Below, piece after piece: positions 52,480 through 62,400 of a stretch of DNA of 64,000 nucleotides. The stretch's first letter is position 1, and every line of letters starts with the position of its first letter. The DNA comes from Paraspadella gotoi. Its lineage: Eukaryota > Animalia > Chaetognatha. Location: the NCBI GenBank assembly GCA_051294375.1, contig CM119266.1:26989690-27053689 (forward strand). The letters are read 5' to 3'. The position numbers and the translations under genes are program-made. The notes beneath the pieces are model-generated. The model was not told the origin of the DNA. It did not search any database and saw nothing but the letters and a program-made list of their open reading frames with translations.

Positions 52480-55400
52480 ACAGCCGAATTCATTCTAAAA
52501 ACCTCCGCATTAATATAAAACACTGACCGCACGGACTCCCCGCATATAAATTTCTCTTTTTCCACGGCTCAAACCTCGTGAGATTTTTTTTGGTGCCCTG
52601 ATCGTTTCCCCCTTTCCCCTTAAAGTCATTTTCAACCCCCCACACGACCCCCCCAACGGCCACGCCCCTCTTAAACCCCACCCCCCACACACAACAAACC
52701 TTCAGTCTCGAACCGAAAAAAGGAAAAAAAAAAGGAAAGTCGTCGACGGCTCGGACGACTCGTCTTTCTCGCATTTTTATTCAGATTTATTCATGACGAA
52801 AACGTTAAAGATTGCCACGTGTCAAAAACGCTGATAAAGAAAAAGAGAGATAGAGAGAGAGAGAGAAAAAGATAAGGGATGGACCGTGAGAGGGAGAGAG
52901 ATGGAAGAAGAAGCAGAAAGCTTAAAGGAGAGAGAGAGATATTGAAAAGAAAATATAAAAATAGAGAATTAAAAAAAGCAAGGGCGCCCGTCTCTCTCTC
53001 TCTCTCAGCGTTGATTTATGCCATAAACCATCAAAGTCTAGAGCAAACCTTTTTTTAAAAAAAAACCTAAAAAAAAACCAAAAACGGAGCTCACCTTTTT
53101 GATATATTTTGAGAGCCTCGATAAAATCCGGGAAAAATTACACGTTTTTTCTCAGAAAAGCTTTTATAAATTTATCCATATCTAGTATCAGGGATAAAGA
53201 TAAAAATACAATATATTTTTATATTTAATTCCGTATTTATTTTAAGTTACTGTTAGCAAAATCAAGTATAGCCAGATAAATTAAGGATTAACGCCCAGCT
53301 CTTTAAAGAACGCTCGGGCAACCTCTGTCCTTTGGCCAGTTTATTTCCAACTTTACGGTGCTTTAAAACGAATTACCTGTATTTTGCCGAAATCACGCGG
53401 AAATTTATTACGAAAATATTTTAAGTTTAAGCATCGAAGGATTTCACCGAATTCTTTACGTCTAATTAATTTCAGGTTTTTTCTTTCCGCGCCGCGTTAT
53501 TTCTGCGGGAATTTTTTTCTATCTGAGCTCTCTCTCTCTTTCTCTCTCACAATCTCTCTCTCTCTCTCATCTTTACATAACGGATGCGGCCTCTGGCGAC
53601 AAAACAACGACCTGCGGCTACTCTCGCCCCTCTCAATCGCATGGCGCGTGTTATAAAGGGGAGAGCGGAGATGGAGTGTGTGGAGAAGCAATCTGTTTTG
53701 TGGGGTGGGGTAGGAGGTCGGCGGGGTGGAGGTGCCAGAAGACGAAATCGTAAATCAAAACAAAAAAATAACTGTCGCGGAGATAAACAAAGGCCTGAAA
53801 ACAAGAAAAAAAAGAGATAGATCTAAACAGAAAGGAAAGAAAAAAGAAAATAGAAACTGATAAACAAAAAACAAGAAAAGTAGCGCAAATAAATCGTTCG
53901 ACCTCCACTATACCAACCCCACCGTCGACACCCCTCCTTTCTCAGGATTCTAGGAGTTGGACGGGGGGCGGGGGAATAGAAAGAGTGTTCCGAAGTTTCG
54001 GAAAGAGAGGGGGGTGGGGGGGTCGTCGGTTTTGACCCCCGGGGTTCTGACCCTCTTCCAAAGGCGGGAAGAAAAAAAAATTAAAAAAAAACTCTGGGAA
54101 GAATTTTTTTCCATCGCGAGTCTCATTCCTTTTATATTTACTATTTTTATTATTTTTTTTGTTAGTTTTTTTTTCATTTTTGTTATTTTTTCGGGGTGAG
54201 GAAAGAATCGCAAAGAAATGACCCGATTCAATGGAAAATCCCCTCAGAGGCGACGGGCAAACGACGGCTGCCAGCGTGGGCTGCTGCGGGGTGCTGAGTG
54301 AGGAACGCTGCTGGCGCGCCCGGAAAGAATCAATCTTGATTTAACTATTTTAAAACTAACTTTAATAACTTTATTACGTTTGAACTTTAAAACAATGTTA
54401 TTATTAGTCAAAAACGTTTAATATTTTTCGAGAATTAAATCGAGATTTTAAATATTATTTAAATCATAACATTCCGAAAAAAAAATTAAGATCAAATAAA
54501 AATAATAAATTGAAAGTGGTGGGAGGGAGTGGGAGGGGCCGGGGAAGCAAAGAAGGCGAGGTACACGAGGGAGAAAAATGAGGTTTTGGTGAAACAACAG
54601 AAATATAATTGACGGCCATGATGACGAAGATAACGAGGAGAAATAAGGGGATGATATACGTAAGATTGACGTCGCCCACGGCGGAGAACATCGAAAAAAT
54701 AAGAGGAAAAATTCCATTTCGTTTTTCAAAAAAAATAAAATGTTGTGCGCGCGATTCACTCGGTTTTTTGCTTCATTGAGAATTGGGGTCGCGGGAAAAA
54801 CGGGCGACCCTGAGCCTTGCAAGGGGGGGGGAGAGTAAATGGAGTGAGGGGATGTCGAGCGTTAGGGTAGGGAAAGGAAAATGGTGCAGAAATATGTATT
54901 ATGTATGTGAAAGTTAAATACGAAAATTCTAAATGTCAATTATGAATAACATGCCATCAGAGGACATTAATTTGTAAAAAAAATTAATTTTATGTTCTTC
55001 AATTTTCGCAATAAGCTATATTTATATATAGTACATAAAATCGAAAAAATTCAAAATAGGCTTTTATTAATTTTGATTGCAGATTTGAATTCCTCGTCAA
55101 AAGTTGAAAATATGAAAATATGAATCATTTTTGAAAATTCTTTCATTAAGTGGGTTAAAAATTAAAAAAACTATATTTAATATATAAAAAGTTAATTTTC
55201 AGTTTAAAATATAGCTTTTTCTAATTTTTGACCCACTTAATGAAGGAATTTTTCAAAAAGAGTTATATTTCTTTTTATCAGCTTTTTATGATGAATCCAA
55301 ATCTGCAAAAAAATCTTAGAAAAAACTGTTTTAAAATTTTAACATTTATTGGTTTAGTACTAGTATAAATATGGCCTACTGCGTAAATTGTAAAATTTAT

Positions 55401-57420
55401 TATAAATTTTTTTATTACATAAATGTTCATTAGTATAATGTTCCTCACTTTTAGAATTTTAATTAAAGTTAAATTTAGAACTTTTACTACGCCTTAATAT
55501 ATATATATCCAGCGGAAGGGATGAAGGGAAATAGAAGTGCATTGACAGAAAAAATGAGGGAAAGAATGAAAAGAAAACAATAGTCTTGACGCTTGATGCT
55601 ATTGACGTAAGATCTCGGGAGATTCCAAACTGAAAAATATTCTTACTAGTATAGATACTGACGAAAAAATTTCGAATTTACCCCGCGATCGACGAGTCCC
55701 ATTGTTCTTTTGTTTCGGTTTGTCGTCGTGAAAATCTGAGAACGAAATCCCGCCTCACCAGATGTCGTCTGGTTAAATCTTCGCTCAACTCTCTCTCACG
55801 ATACGAAATGAATAAAACGGAGCTGCTTATTCCCTTCTCCTCGGGTTCACGGGTCAGAAGAGCGCGAAACCAAAATAGCTCACAAGCGAAGCATCTCTCA
55901 CGAAAAACACGAACGAAGCCGTCACGCCCTTTAACGCTTGCGACGCATGCGCGCAAACTCTTTGAACGATACTTCCATCAACGAAAAAAAGGATGCCATT
56001 GAATTTCATATTTTTCATGCTTCATGAATATTGCACAAAATGCATGATGCACATTATCCTTCACTGACAATGATGCTTCGCTCGCCCCAATTTATAAATC
56101 ACGGAGACACAAGCGGAAAAGAGAATGACGCTAACCAGGAATGAATGGGGTCAAAAAAGAATGACGCCAACAAAGAATGAAGGAAAAAAAAATTAGGACT
56201 ATAAAGAATGAAACCAACACAATAAAAATGATACCGATCACAAATGACAAAGAATAATGCTGACAAAGAATGAGGACAACAAAGAATGAGGCCATCAAAG
56301 AATGAGGCCATCAAAGAATGAGGCCAACATAGAATGAGGCCAACAACTGCGATCAAGAATGACGCTATCCAATAATGACGCACACCAAGAATGACGCCCT
56401 CGACGCCGGCGAAAAAAAAATCGATTTGGGCGAGGAGCGTCGACCCTTAAAAAATGATCTTGCCTCTTCTCTCTATCCGGTGATAAACAATCCCGATAAT
56501 CCTCGTTTCCGTGGCAACGAAGAAAAGAGGGGGCCGTGCGATCGAGATAAACATGTATTTGGGCAATCTCGTTAAATTGTTCTGTTCTGTTCAAATCTTT
56601 TAATTATAAAACTAACATTTTTTTTCGTTTTCTCATTTCTCTCTACCTCTTACTCTTTATCACGACTCTTTCTCTTACTCTCTTCCATCTTATCTCTCTC
56701 TCTCTCTCTCTCTCTCACAGTCTAACTTGCTGCCTCGCTATTAGTTCCACAGAGCAAACTTGAAATAAACCGGCGTTCAAGCGTGGCGGAAGTGATGGCA
56801 GCGAAAGAAGGAATGAAGAAAGAGAAAAAAGGAAGTGATGGCAACGAGAGAACTGATGGCATTGAGTGAGAACCGAAAAAAGGTGATGGCAAAGATTGTG
56901 GCGAAAGTGATAAAAAAAAATAAAAAGAATGTACGTAGGAAGTAGACCCATTATTGAGACAATTTAACCAAGACAAAACGGAGAAATACTAAAATCATAC
57001 AAATAACGAATCGTGTACATTCCAAAATGAAAATTGAAATCATCAAGCTCCCCTCTTGAATATCGAGAAATGGCTACTTAAAACGGGAGACAATGCTTAG
57101 TAGAATTTTAAAAACCCCCTTTCACACTAATTGCCACCCTCCTCCACCTACCCAATTGGCCACACCGCCCAACACCCTTCAAACTAACCTGATACAAGTT
57201 GGAACAGACGATGATCCTGTTGCCGAGCTCGTCGATGACCAGCGCCTTATTGACGGCGTTGGTCAGTTTGAGGCTGCAGTGCTTGGCCGAGTCTGGATTG
57301 AGCGCAACGCCGGGTCCGCAGTGCGCCGAGTCTCGTTGCGGTCCCGTGCGGACCTGGTGGAGCTGCTTCAAGTCTCTGTCCAGTTGATAGAGGCCGTTGA
57401 CGGTCGCGAGGTAACGTTGC
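284..57420 (-). CDS. PlexB: Plexin (Plexin-B-like) gene, partial: 13 coding exons covering Sema, PSI, TIG, PSI and start of next TIG domain
   Basis: Manually spliced exons with AG/GT boundaries and matching phases give motifs typical of plexins: VPAVSSRSL, YKYGF..FSYFITVQ, TRLVRVC..D..YHSYTELPLVC, SALCVFSL, FCG, FLGTDDGRLRK, DPYCGWC, LQRT, NFTFFDC, CTHD, GPDFCP. Two PSI domains separated by a TIG domain favour plexin over semaphorin or MET. The B-class call rests on recalled similarity to insect PlexB, not on a search. Confidence 0.9.
1489..1652 (+). pseudogene. Inverted, multiply frameshifted copy of plexin exon J
   Basis: Matches 12949-13113 with several 1-nt indels (e.g. GCGCAAC vs GCGCCAAC, CATGG vs CATTGG, CAGTGATC vs CAGTGCATC); splice sites retained. 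Confidence 0.85.
4642..4800 (+). pseudogene. Inverted, multiply frameshifted copy of plexin exon K
   Basis: Matches 9910-10065 with multiple indels; cacag acceptor and gtgagg donor retained. Confidence 0.85.
6812..7000 (-). CDS. PlexB: Plexin exon L (end of TIG, second PSI), with an apparent +1 frameshift near 6981
   Basis: aaacag|C GGC GAG GAC CAC ATA (GEDHI), then in the shifted frame SRLSVRVNSKDFVSANFTFFDCDAHDSCTRCVASRFNCFWCMRGHMCTHDVDHKCK G|gtgagg; 189 nt, one more than the flanking phases allow. Confidence 0.88.
8330..8880. repeat. Long polypurine low-complexity tract (similar tracts at 10840-11350, 27900-28170, 29400-30490)
   Basis: Nearly pure A/G on the + strand; yields K/E/R/G and F/L/S/P spurious ORFs. 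Confidence 0.9.
9910..10065 (-). CDS. PlexB: Plexin exon K (TIG domain)
   Basis: ccacag|C TTC...CCG AG|gtgagg; FNHECVFHFPDGTQRSTLASRTSTPSRGGGVTSPLTLSCRPPSRDRIPPNP(S); 156 nt, phase 2 to 2. Confidence 0.85.
12949..13113 (-). CDS. PlexB: Plexin exon J (end of PSI, start of TIG)
   Basis: ttccag|A TGC...GAC AG|gtgccg; CSRRSECANADAELHWLPYNKNQCISLRVNPDSLQRTDVNRLLHLEINNLPPLD(S); 165 nt, phase 2 to 2. Confidence 0.92.
15997..16089 (-). CDS. PlexB: Plexin exon I (first PSI domain)
   Basis: tttcag|A ATC...AAC AG|gtgaag; IAVTDCSEYSTCDECTGARDPYCGWCSMEN(R); 93 nt, phase 2 to 2; canonical PSI DPYCGWC motif. Confidence 0.95.
17639..17751. repeat. Degenerate hexamer repeat (TTCGCY/TTTGCY)
   Basis: ttcgcc/ttcgct/tttgcc/ttcgtc array. 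Confidence 0.85.
18425..18587 (-). CDS. PlexB: Plexin exon H (end of Sema domain)
   Basis: aaacag|GC ACC...GAT AA|gtgagt; TDDGRLRKLVVEARSLAVEYDVISLHEGSRILPEMAMDARREFVYVMSEHQLD(K); 163 nt, phase 1 to 2. Confidence 0.92.
19061..19239 (-). CDS. PlexB: Plexin exon G (Sema domain)
   Basis: cgccag|G CCT TGC...TTG G|gtgagt; PCTQMETNITDSFCGDTVGLNSPLGLTDALAETAAVSYQDVNLTSVVASTTGNYTTVFL(G); 179 nt, phase 2 to 1. Confidence 0.93.
19669..19861 (-). CDS. PlexB: Plexin exon F (Sema domain)
   Basis: tgacag|AC AAA...ATC AT|gtgagt; (D)KDGAVLYGVFSVGQTAPFNDVPTSKSALCVFSLKSVRRAFRNGIKKCFSEGKGMSGLDFNGKI(M); 193 nt, phase 1 to 2. Confidence 0.93.
22365..22554 (-). CDS. PlexB: Plexin exon E (Sema domain)
   Basis: aatcag|CGC...CCG G|gtgagt; REGLSSNNYVTRLVRVCQSDKEYHSYTELPLVCGNSGANYNVLQAAYFGKAGHDLASSLRIDP; 190 nt, phase 0 to 1. 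Confidence 0.93.
32552..32715. repeat. Minisatellite, 4 perfect copies of a 40 bp unit
   Basis: gggaatgcagacgggaaggtggaaagaggtaattatgaaa at 32552, 32592, 32632 and 32672. Confidence 0.95.
34842..35005. repeat. Minisatellite, 21 bp unit, about 7-8 copies
   Basis: tcttcttcctctttgtcgtcg repeated; produces spurious ORFs (VVVVFFLF, CRRRLLPL, KKTTTTKR). Confidence 0.95.
38275..38340. repeat. 15 bp minisatellite, about 4.5 copies
   Basis: cgtggcacgggcttg and variants in tandem. Confidence 0.85.
39613..40472. repeat. ~148 bp tandem unit interrupted by a 566-N gap
   Basis: The gap flanks (...gagagagt | ctgttcaggg...) are contiguous in the next copy starting at 40327. Confidence 0.85.
40739..40852 (-). 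CDS. PlexB: Plexin exon D (Sema domain)
   Basis: ttttcag|GGA...GTT CAA|gtgagt; GISKGTEFKVNAQHLNEFRIQYKYGFHHREFSYFITVQ; 114 nt, phase 0 to 0. Its minus-strand frame is absent from the ORF track. Confidence 0.9.
41953..42031 (-). pseudogene. Duplicate of plexin exon C lacking one G (79 nt, frameshifted); probably an assembly duplicate
   Basis: Same exon sequence as 42775-42854 except CTGGGACC vs CTGGGGACC; lies inside the tandem duplication flanking a 25-N gap. Confidence 0.8.
42400..42520 (+). mobile_element. Short dispersed repeat; related copies at 19444-19525, 43220-43335, 49889-50215 and (reverse) 39102-39131
   Basis: Shared ordered blocks: gagtcttgattgaa ... gcaggacc ... ttaaacc ... cctgtccaaagtca ... 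gcaaga ... gctta. Confidence 0.55.
42775..42854 (-). CDS. PlexB: Plexin exon C, in-frame copy (Sema domain)
   Basis: atttag|GT CTG...CAC AAG|gtaata; (G)LGPYNSEVPAVSSRSLGTPLFRLAHK; 80 nt, phase 1 to 0. Confidence 0.88.
49577..49736 (-). CDS. PlexB: Plexin exon B (Sema domain)
   Basis: ccgcag|GGA...ACC G|gtgaga; GLCELRRLSNISDRILIVRNETLVGNDETSSTFAFVSPGPNGQRVLMVGVTYT(G); 160 nt, phase 0 to 1. Confidence 0.9.
54910..55470. mobile_element. AT-rich fold-back (palindromic) MITE-like element
   Basis: Nested inverted matches: ttttgaaaattctttcattaagtgggttaaaaatta / taatttttgacccacttaatgaaggaatttttcaaaa; ttgcagatttgaattc / gaatccaaatctgcaa; caattttcgcaataagctatatttata / tataaatatggcctactgcgtaaattg; aaaattctaaa / tttagaatttt. 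No target-site duplication resolved. Confidence 0.7.
56120..56400. repeat. Degenerate ~16 bp minisatellite (aaagaatgaggccaac)
   Basis: More than ten recurrences of the (a)agaatga core; near-perfect 16 bp period at 56265-56344. Confidence 0.85.
57189..57420 (-). CDS. PlexB: Plexin exon A (N-terminal part of Sema domain)
   Basis: ttgcag|G CAA CGT TAC...TAT CAG|gttagt; QRYLATVNGLYQLDRDLKQLHQVRTGPQRDSAHCGPGVALNPDSAKHCSLKLTNAVNKALVIDELGNRIIVCSNLYQ; 232 nt, exits in phase 0. Confidence 0.88.
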
Positions 57421-59413
57421 CTGCAATTTCACGGGGGGGGGGGTCGAAAGAAAGAGGAGTTGGACGTTTAAATATTTAAAAAGAATTTTTAAATATTTAA
57501 AAAGCACTTTTGGTTTGTAAATCATCAAATTATTACCAAAACCTGTAATGAATTTTAGGGCGTCACGTTTTGAACTAAATATGGTTTTGAAATTTTTACA
57601 ACCGCCCAAAATATTTTGGACGAATTAGGAAGGAATAAATATAACAATTTATATATTTAACTAGCTGTTGTAAGTATATACGCGACAGAAAACAGGAATG
57701 CATTTTTTTCCTTTGTTTTTGTTTTTAAATGGCATGCTTTCGGTTTTTTATTATCGGCCTTTTGCCCGCCTTGCCCGCCATGCCCGCATCCGGCGCATCC
57801 CTCTCCATTCTCTTACGACGAGACAATTATATATAATTATATATATGAAACTAATGACTTTAACGTTGTCTTCATTAAGGACAGACGTTCGCTATTAAGA
57901 GACGATCGCTTCGTCATAAAAAACAGAGAAAAAAAGGGAGGCGACGCCCGAAGTTATTCACAGTACGATATTGTTGTTGTCGTTGTGGTTCTAAAAATCG
58001 TGGGGGGGGGCTCAGTGGCGGGCACGAGCTTACGAATCAATTTTCTCTTACTCGAGAGGAGAATTCGGCGAGTGAAAGGGGAAGGGTAAGGGGGAGGGAA
58101 TAGAAATGGGAAGGTAAGGAAAGAGAGGGCAAAAGGGGCGAAAATATTTTGAGAGAGAGAGAGAGAGAGAGAGATAGATAGAGAGAGAGAGTGGGCGAAA
58201 AAGAAGGAAAAAGAACGTAGAGAAAATAGAAAGGAGAAAAAGGGGAGAAAAAGGGGAAAAAAAGTAAGGAGCAAGTCAGCAAGAAAGAAAACTTCAATTT
58301 TACGAGAAGAAAAGAATAAATTTCTTTTTCCTCCCCAAAAAAAATTTCGCGAGGCTTCGATGTCTCGGACGGAGAGAGATTTGAGTGGGTTGAGGGGACA
58401 TAATCATACTGAAATAGTGATTAAAAAAGTTCAATACAAAAAAAATTAAAATGATGTTCGCGTCGAGTCGGGAAGCTCGTCGGCCAGTTCGTCTGGCTGG
58501 GTGACCAGCACTTCATAGTGCTTTCCTTAAAATTCTGCCGGGCACTTCGGAATCGCTTCACGGGCTTTTTATAGTCATCGTCAGCCTGTATGTCCAAACA
58601 CCTCGGTTCTGCACACCATGCAATCCGCTAACCCTTTTAGCATTCTCGCTCCCCTGGCTCCGCACTAGTTTCAATCTCTGAGGGCGGCACCGCCACCGTC
58701 GGATCCTGGCCCCGCAAGCCCTTCTTAAATAATCTATTAAATATTCCCCCTAAAAAAAAAATAACCCCGGCGACTATTTATCCGCATTATTTATTTTTTT
58801 CCTTCCCTTCTCTTAGCGTTCCTCCGCTCGGGCAAAAGAAGGAAAAAGAAAGAAAATTGAAAAAGAAAAAGAAAAAAAAGCGTTCGTCATCTTCAGCGTT
58901 GGCGCATGCGCGCGAGGTCAAAAAAACGAGGTCGACGTGGCATCGACGCGCGCGTTCTCTCTCTTTCTTTGCGCGCGCAGGACGTGCGACGGTGTGACGG
59001 CGATAGAAGGGAGACGGAGGGGTGGGAGAGAGAGAGGGGGAGAGAGAGAGAGAGACGTGCGATGGTCGAAGTAGGTAAGTGATGATGGGGAAAGGACGCC
59101 GATAATTTTTTTTCTGAAATAAAACAATTTGACGCATAAAACGATAAAAAAGCATTGAGCGAGACTAATAACACTAAAAATAATAAGATAATTCAGTAAA
59201 ATTTAGAATTGGAAAAGTGATAAGAGACGGAAGAGAATATTATCAAGGGTGTGCTAGTTGTGTCAAGGGTGTGAGGGCATCGGGGCGTTTCGGATTTTTT
59301 TCGCGCGCCATCGCCATTCATGGCCGGAAAATAAAAACCATTCACCCGCCTTTTTTTTTTCTTTCTCTGTCTCTCTCTCTCTTGCCAAGGCTGTGGGCGC
59401 CACTGGGTTGTGA

Positions 59414-59444
<31 letters not shown>

Positions 59445-62400
59445 ATTCTGCTTGAAACTCGAAACGCGTCGGAGAGAATGCAATGGAGGCGAGAGAGAAG
59501 GAATGTGCGGGGAGGATGCATCCGGGGGGAGGTGCTTGTGGCGAGAGGCGGTGATGTGATGAATTAATAAATGCCTAAAGAACGATTAGCGATACTAGAA
59601 TTGAATGCGTGGGCGGGGAAGAAAAAGATTTTAACAGAATCTAACTCGAGAAAATACAAAGCTCGAGCTGAAAGCATGAACGCATGAATTTAGGCCGTGC
59701 ACGCGTGCAGTATAGACCCATGCCGTGTACCAATTTCATGAAAAGGTAAATGAATAAAGAAACGAATGTTTGAATGCATCGAAAAATGAATGAATGTCTC
59801 TAACAGAGTGTCTAATCCACTAACGTGTGTACGAATGCCCGCGAAATGGAAACCGCCAGCCGCAAATTATCCATTCTCGCCAACGACTTGTCTAATTATG
59901 GGATGGAACGAAAAATAAAAGGGAAGTAATGAAATTAGAGAAGTAAAAACCGGGAGAACTCGAAACCCAGGAATAAAAAAAAAAGGAATCCCGGGAAATG
60001 AAATTCTAAACGTCTTTAAATGAATGAAGCCGAATAATAAATGAGTGTATTAAATATGATTATCCCGCTGTTGAAAGAAATTCGAATCCGAGTGAGAGAG
60101 GGAGGGAGAGGGAGGGAGAGAAAGAGAAAAAGGATGGAAAGATAGAGAACGAGATAGAGAGAATAAAAACAAATAAAACCCTCATTTGCATGAGTGGGGG
60201 AAAAACCTTGATGGATGATGCGATCGAAAGAGAGGGAGAGAGAGAGAGAGAGAGAGGGTGTTTGTTTTTGTTCGTCGCTGAATCGACTTTAAATAAAGGG
60301 ATTATGATATGGAGGGTGGGGGGGTGTGGTGCAATGACGAGAGGGGAATCTATGAAGGTAATCCAATTAGATAGTTTAGCTTATGACCCCCACCTCTCTC
60401 CCCTGATAGCATGGCAAACCCCAGGCCGTAAAAGAGTAGAAGATAGATAACATGGTTTTAATTACCTTTCCATATCGCGGGTAGTTTAATGTTTATAATT
60501 CAAACAATTCATATATCCACTATTGGACCACCTTGAAAAGCAACCTTGGGTTAATTCGGCCGTTGATAATTGGGTAAAAGTTGGTTAATCTAATCACGCT
60601 GGATTTACGGCTTTTGACCATCGCCCGGGACATCAACGGGTTTTCCGATTTAATCACGATTTATTTATACCCCATGAACCACGAAACGACGGAAAAGCCG
60701 GGGCATCCCGTTCGTCAGATAACATTGAATCGGGTGATAATACCATTAAAAATAATTATGAATCGACAAAAGTTATCACGGAAATCTGTTCGTCGAATTA
60801 GAATTAATTAAAAAAATCGAGAATCTCTTTCCCCTTCTCCATTTTTAAACCGACACAAAGAGAAAAAAAAACACGAAAAAAACACACACAAAAAAAAACA
60901 CGATTATACGTCTGACAACGTTTAGCGGATTTTAATCGAATAAAACCTGACGAATTACCGACAGGGCGCTGTTGCTTTGACCTCGGCTCGTTTGCGTTTG
61001 AACGAGTGAAAAAAAAACTTTTCATTTCTCTCTCTCACTATCTCTCTCTCTCAACAAATTTTCGGATCCAATAAAAATTCCTTACAATTTCGAAAAAAGG
61101 AGAAGAGAGAAAAGTCGCGTATCGGCTGTATGTGTTTTTTTTGTTTTGTTTTTTTTTAGAAATCGGAGTAGAGCATCGACGCCCAAAATTCCTTTTTAAT
61201 TTAAAAGTTAAAAAAATTGGGTGTACATAAAATAATTAGAAGAATCTGTTCAGCTTTCTATATTGCCGTTCCAATATTCCAAATTTCAGGATGAGCAAAT
61301 GTGTTTAAATTCCTAAAATCCCAAAATTGATTTAGACTAAAACAGAAAGACGAACTCTCCACCCTCGACGTGGAGTCCACGCCCACTTTCTCACTTTCAC
61401 TTCTCGCCAATTCTGACCACCCAACAAGACTTTTGCGTCCATCCGCTCAGCAGAGGCCTTTCGACCATCCAACTTTTCCAACGCCTCGAACCTTCTGTTC
61501 GATTACTAGCTTTGAGCTTCGAAGCCTTTTTTAATCCATAATTATTTGAGGAAATAAATTCACCATGATAAAGAAATTAGTCTTGACTACAACGATATAC
61601 GTAATACTACATTCGAGGAAAGAGTTATTTTCCAATTTCGGTCCCATATATTCTCTCACCCCAACCGAAAAACGCAGGCTGTTCTTTAACGGAGCCGCAG
61701 AGTTACGTCGCCATCTTTGTCGGGAAAATGTCGACCAAAAAAAGTCGGGGTAAATGAATGAGGCAGAAGAACCGAACGCCATCCTCTCCTCCCCCCCACT
61801 GCCCCCCCGCACTCGCTCCAGCCCCAGCCCACCCTATCCCCTTCCATTTGCGTTCGTTGGTGTTATATTTTTTTTCGCGCACAAAAGCGAGGAAGAAAGA
61901 ATTCAGGGATGTAGAAAGGGAGTTGCTGAAAGAGGCCAGGGGGGGTGGCTGGAGAAGTGTTGGAGGCCAAACAAGGGTGGTAGGCGTCGTCCATTTTTCA
62001 AACGCGTTTTTCCGCGTTTCCGGTTTCGCGGCTTCTCGACTCCGCGCGGTCAGAAAACCATCGTTCCCTCCGACGAACTTTAACCCTTGCGGTCGACGAA
62101 ACTTGTGGAAGGCCGCGGTGGAGATTTGTGGAGGGTGGGTAAAGAGAGTGGTCAATTGGAGGATGAGAAAATATGCGAATAAATAAGACATAAAATAAAA
62201 AAATAATAAAAATTATAGTAATTTAAATTTGTGGGTAGGCGTGTTCGGACTATGAAGATGCCGCGTGGTCAAAGGAATGTGGTCTAAAGGAAAAGTTTCG
62301 AAAAAAAAAACGACAGCAAAAAAAAAATTGGCTGGCAGTGGAAATATAATTAAGGCCAGGATGCCGACGGAAATTAGGCAGGAAAAGTCTGGCCGCAGGT

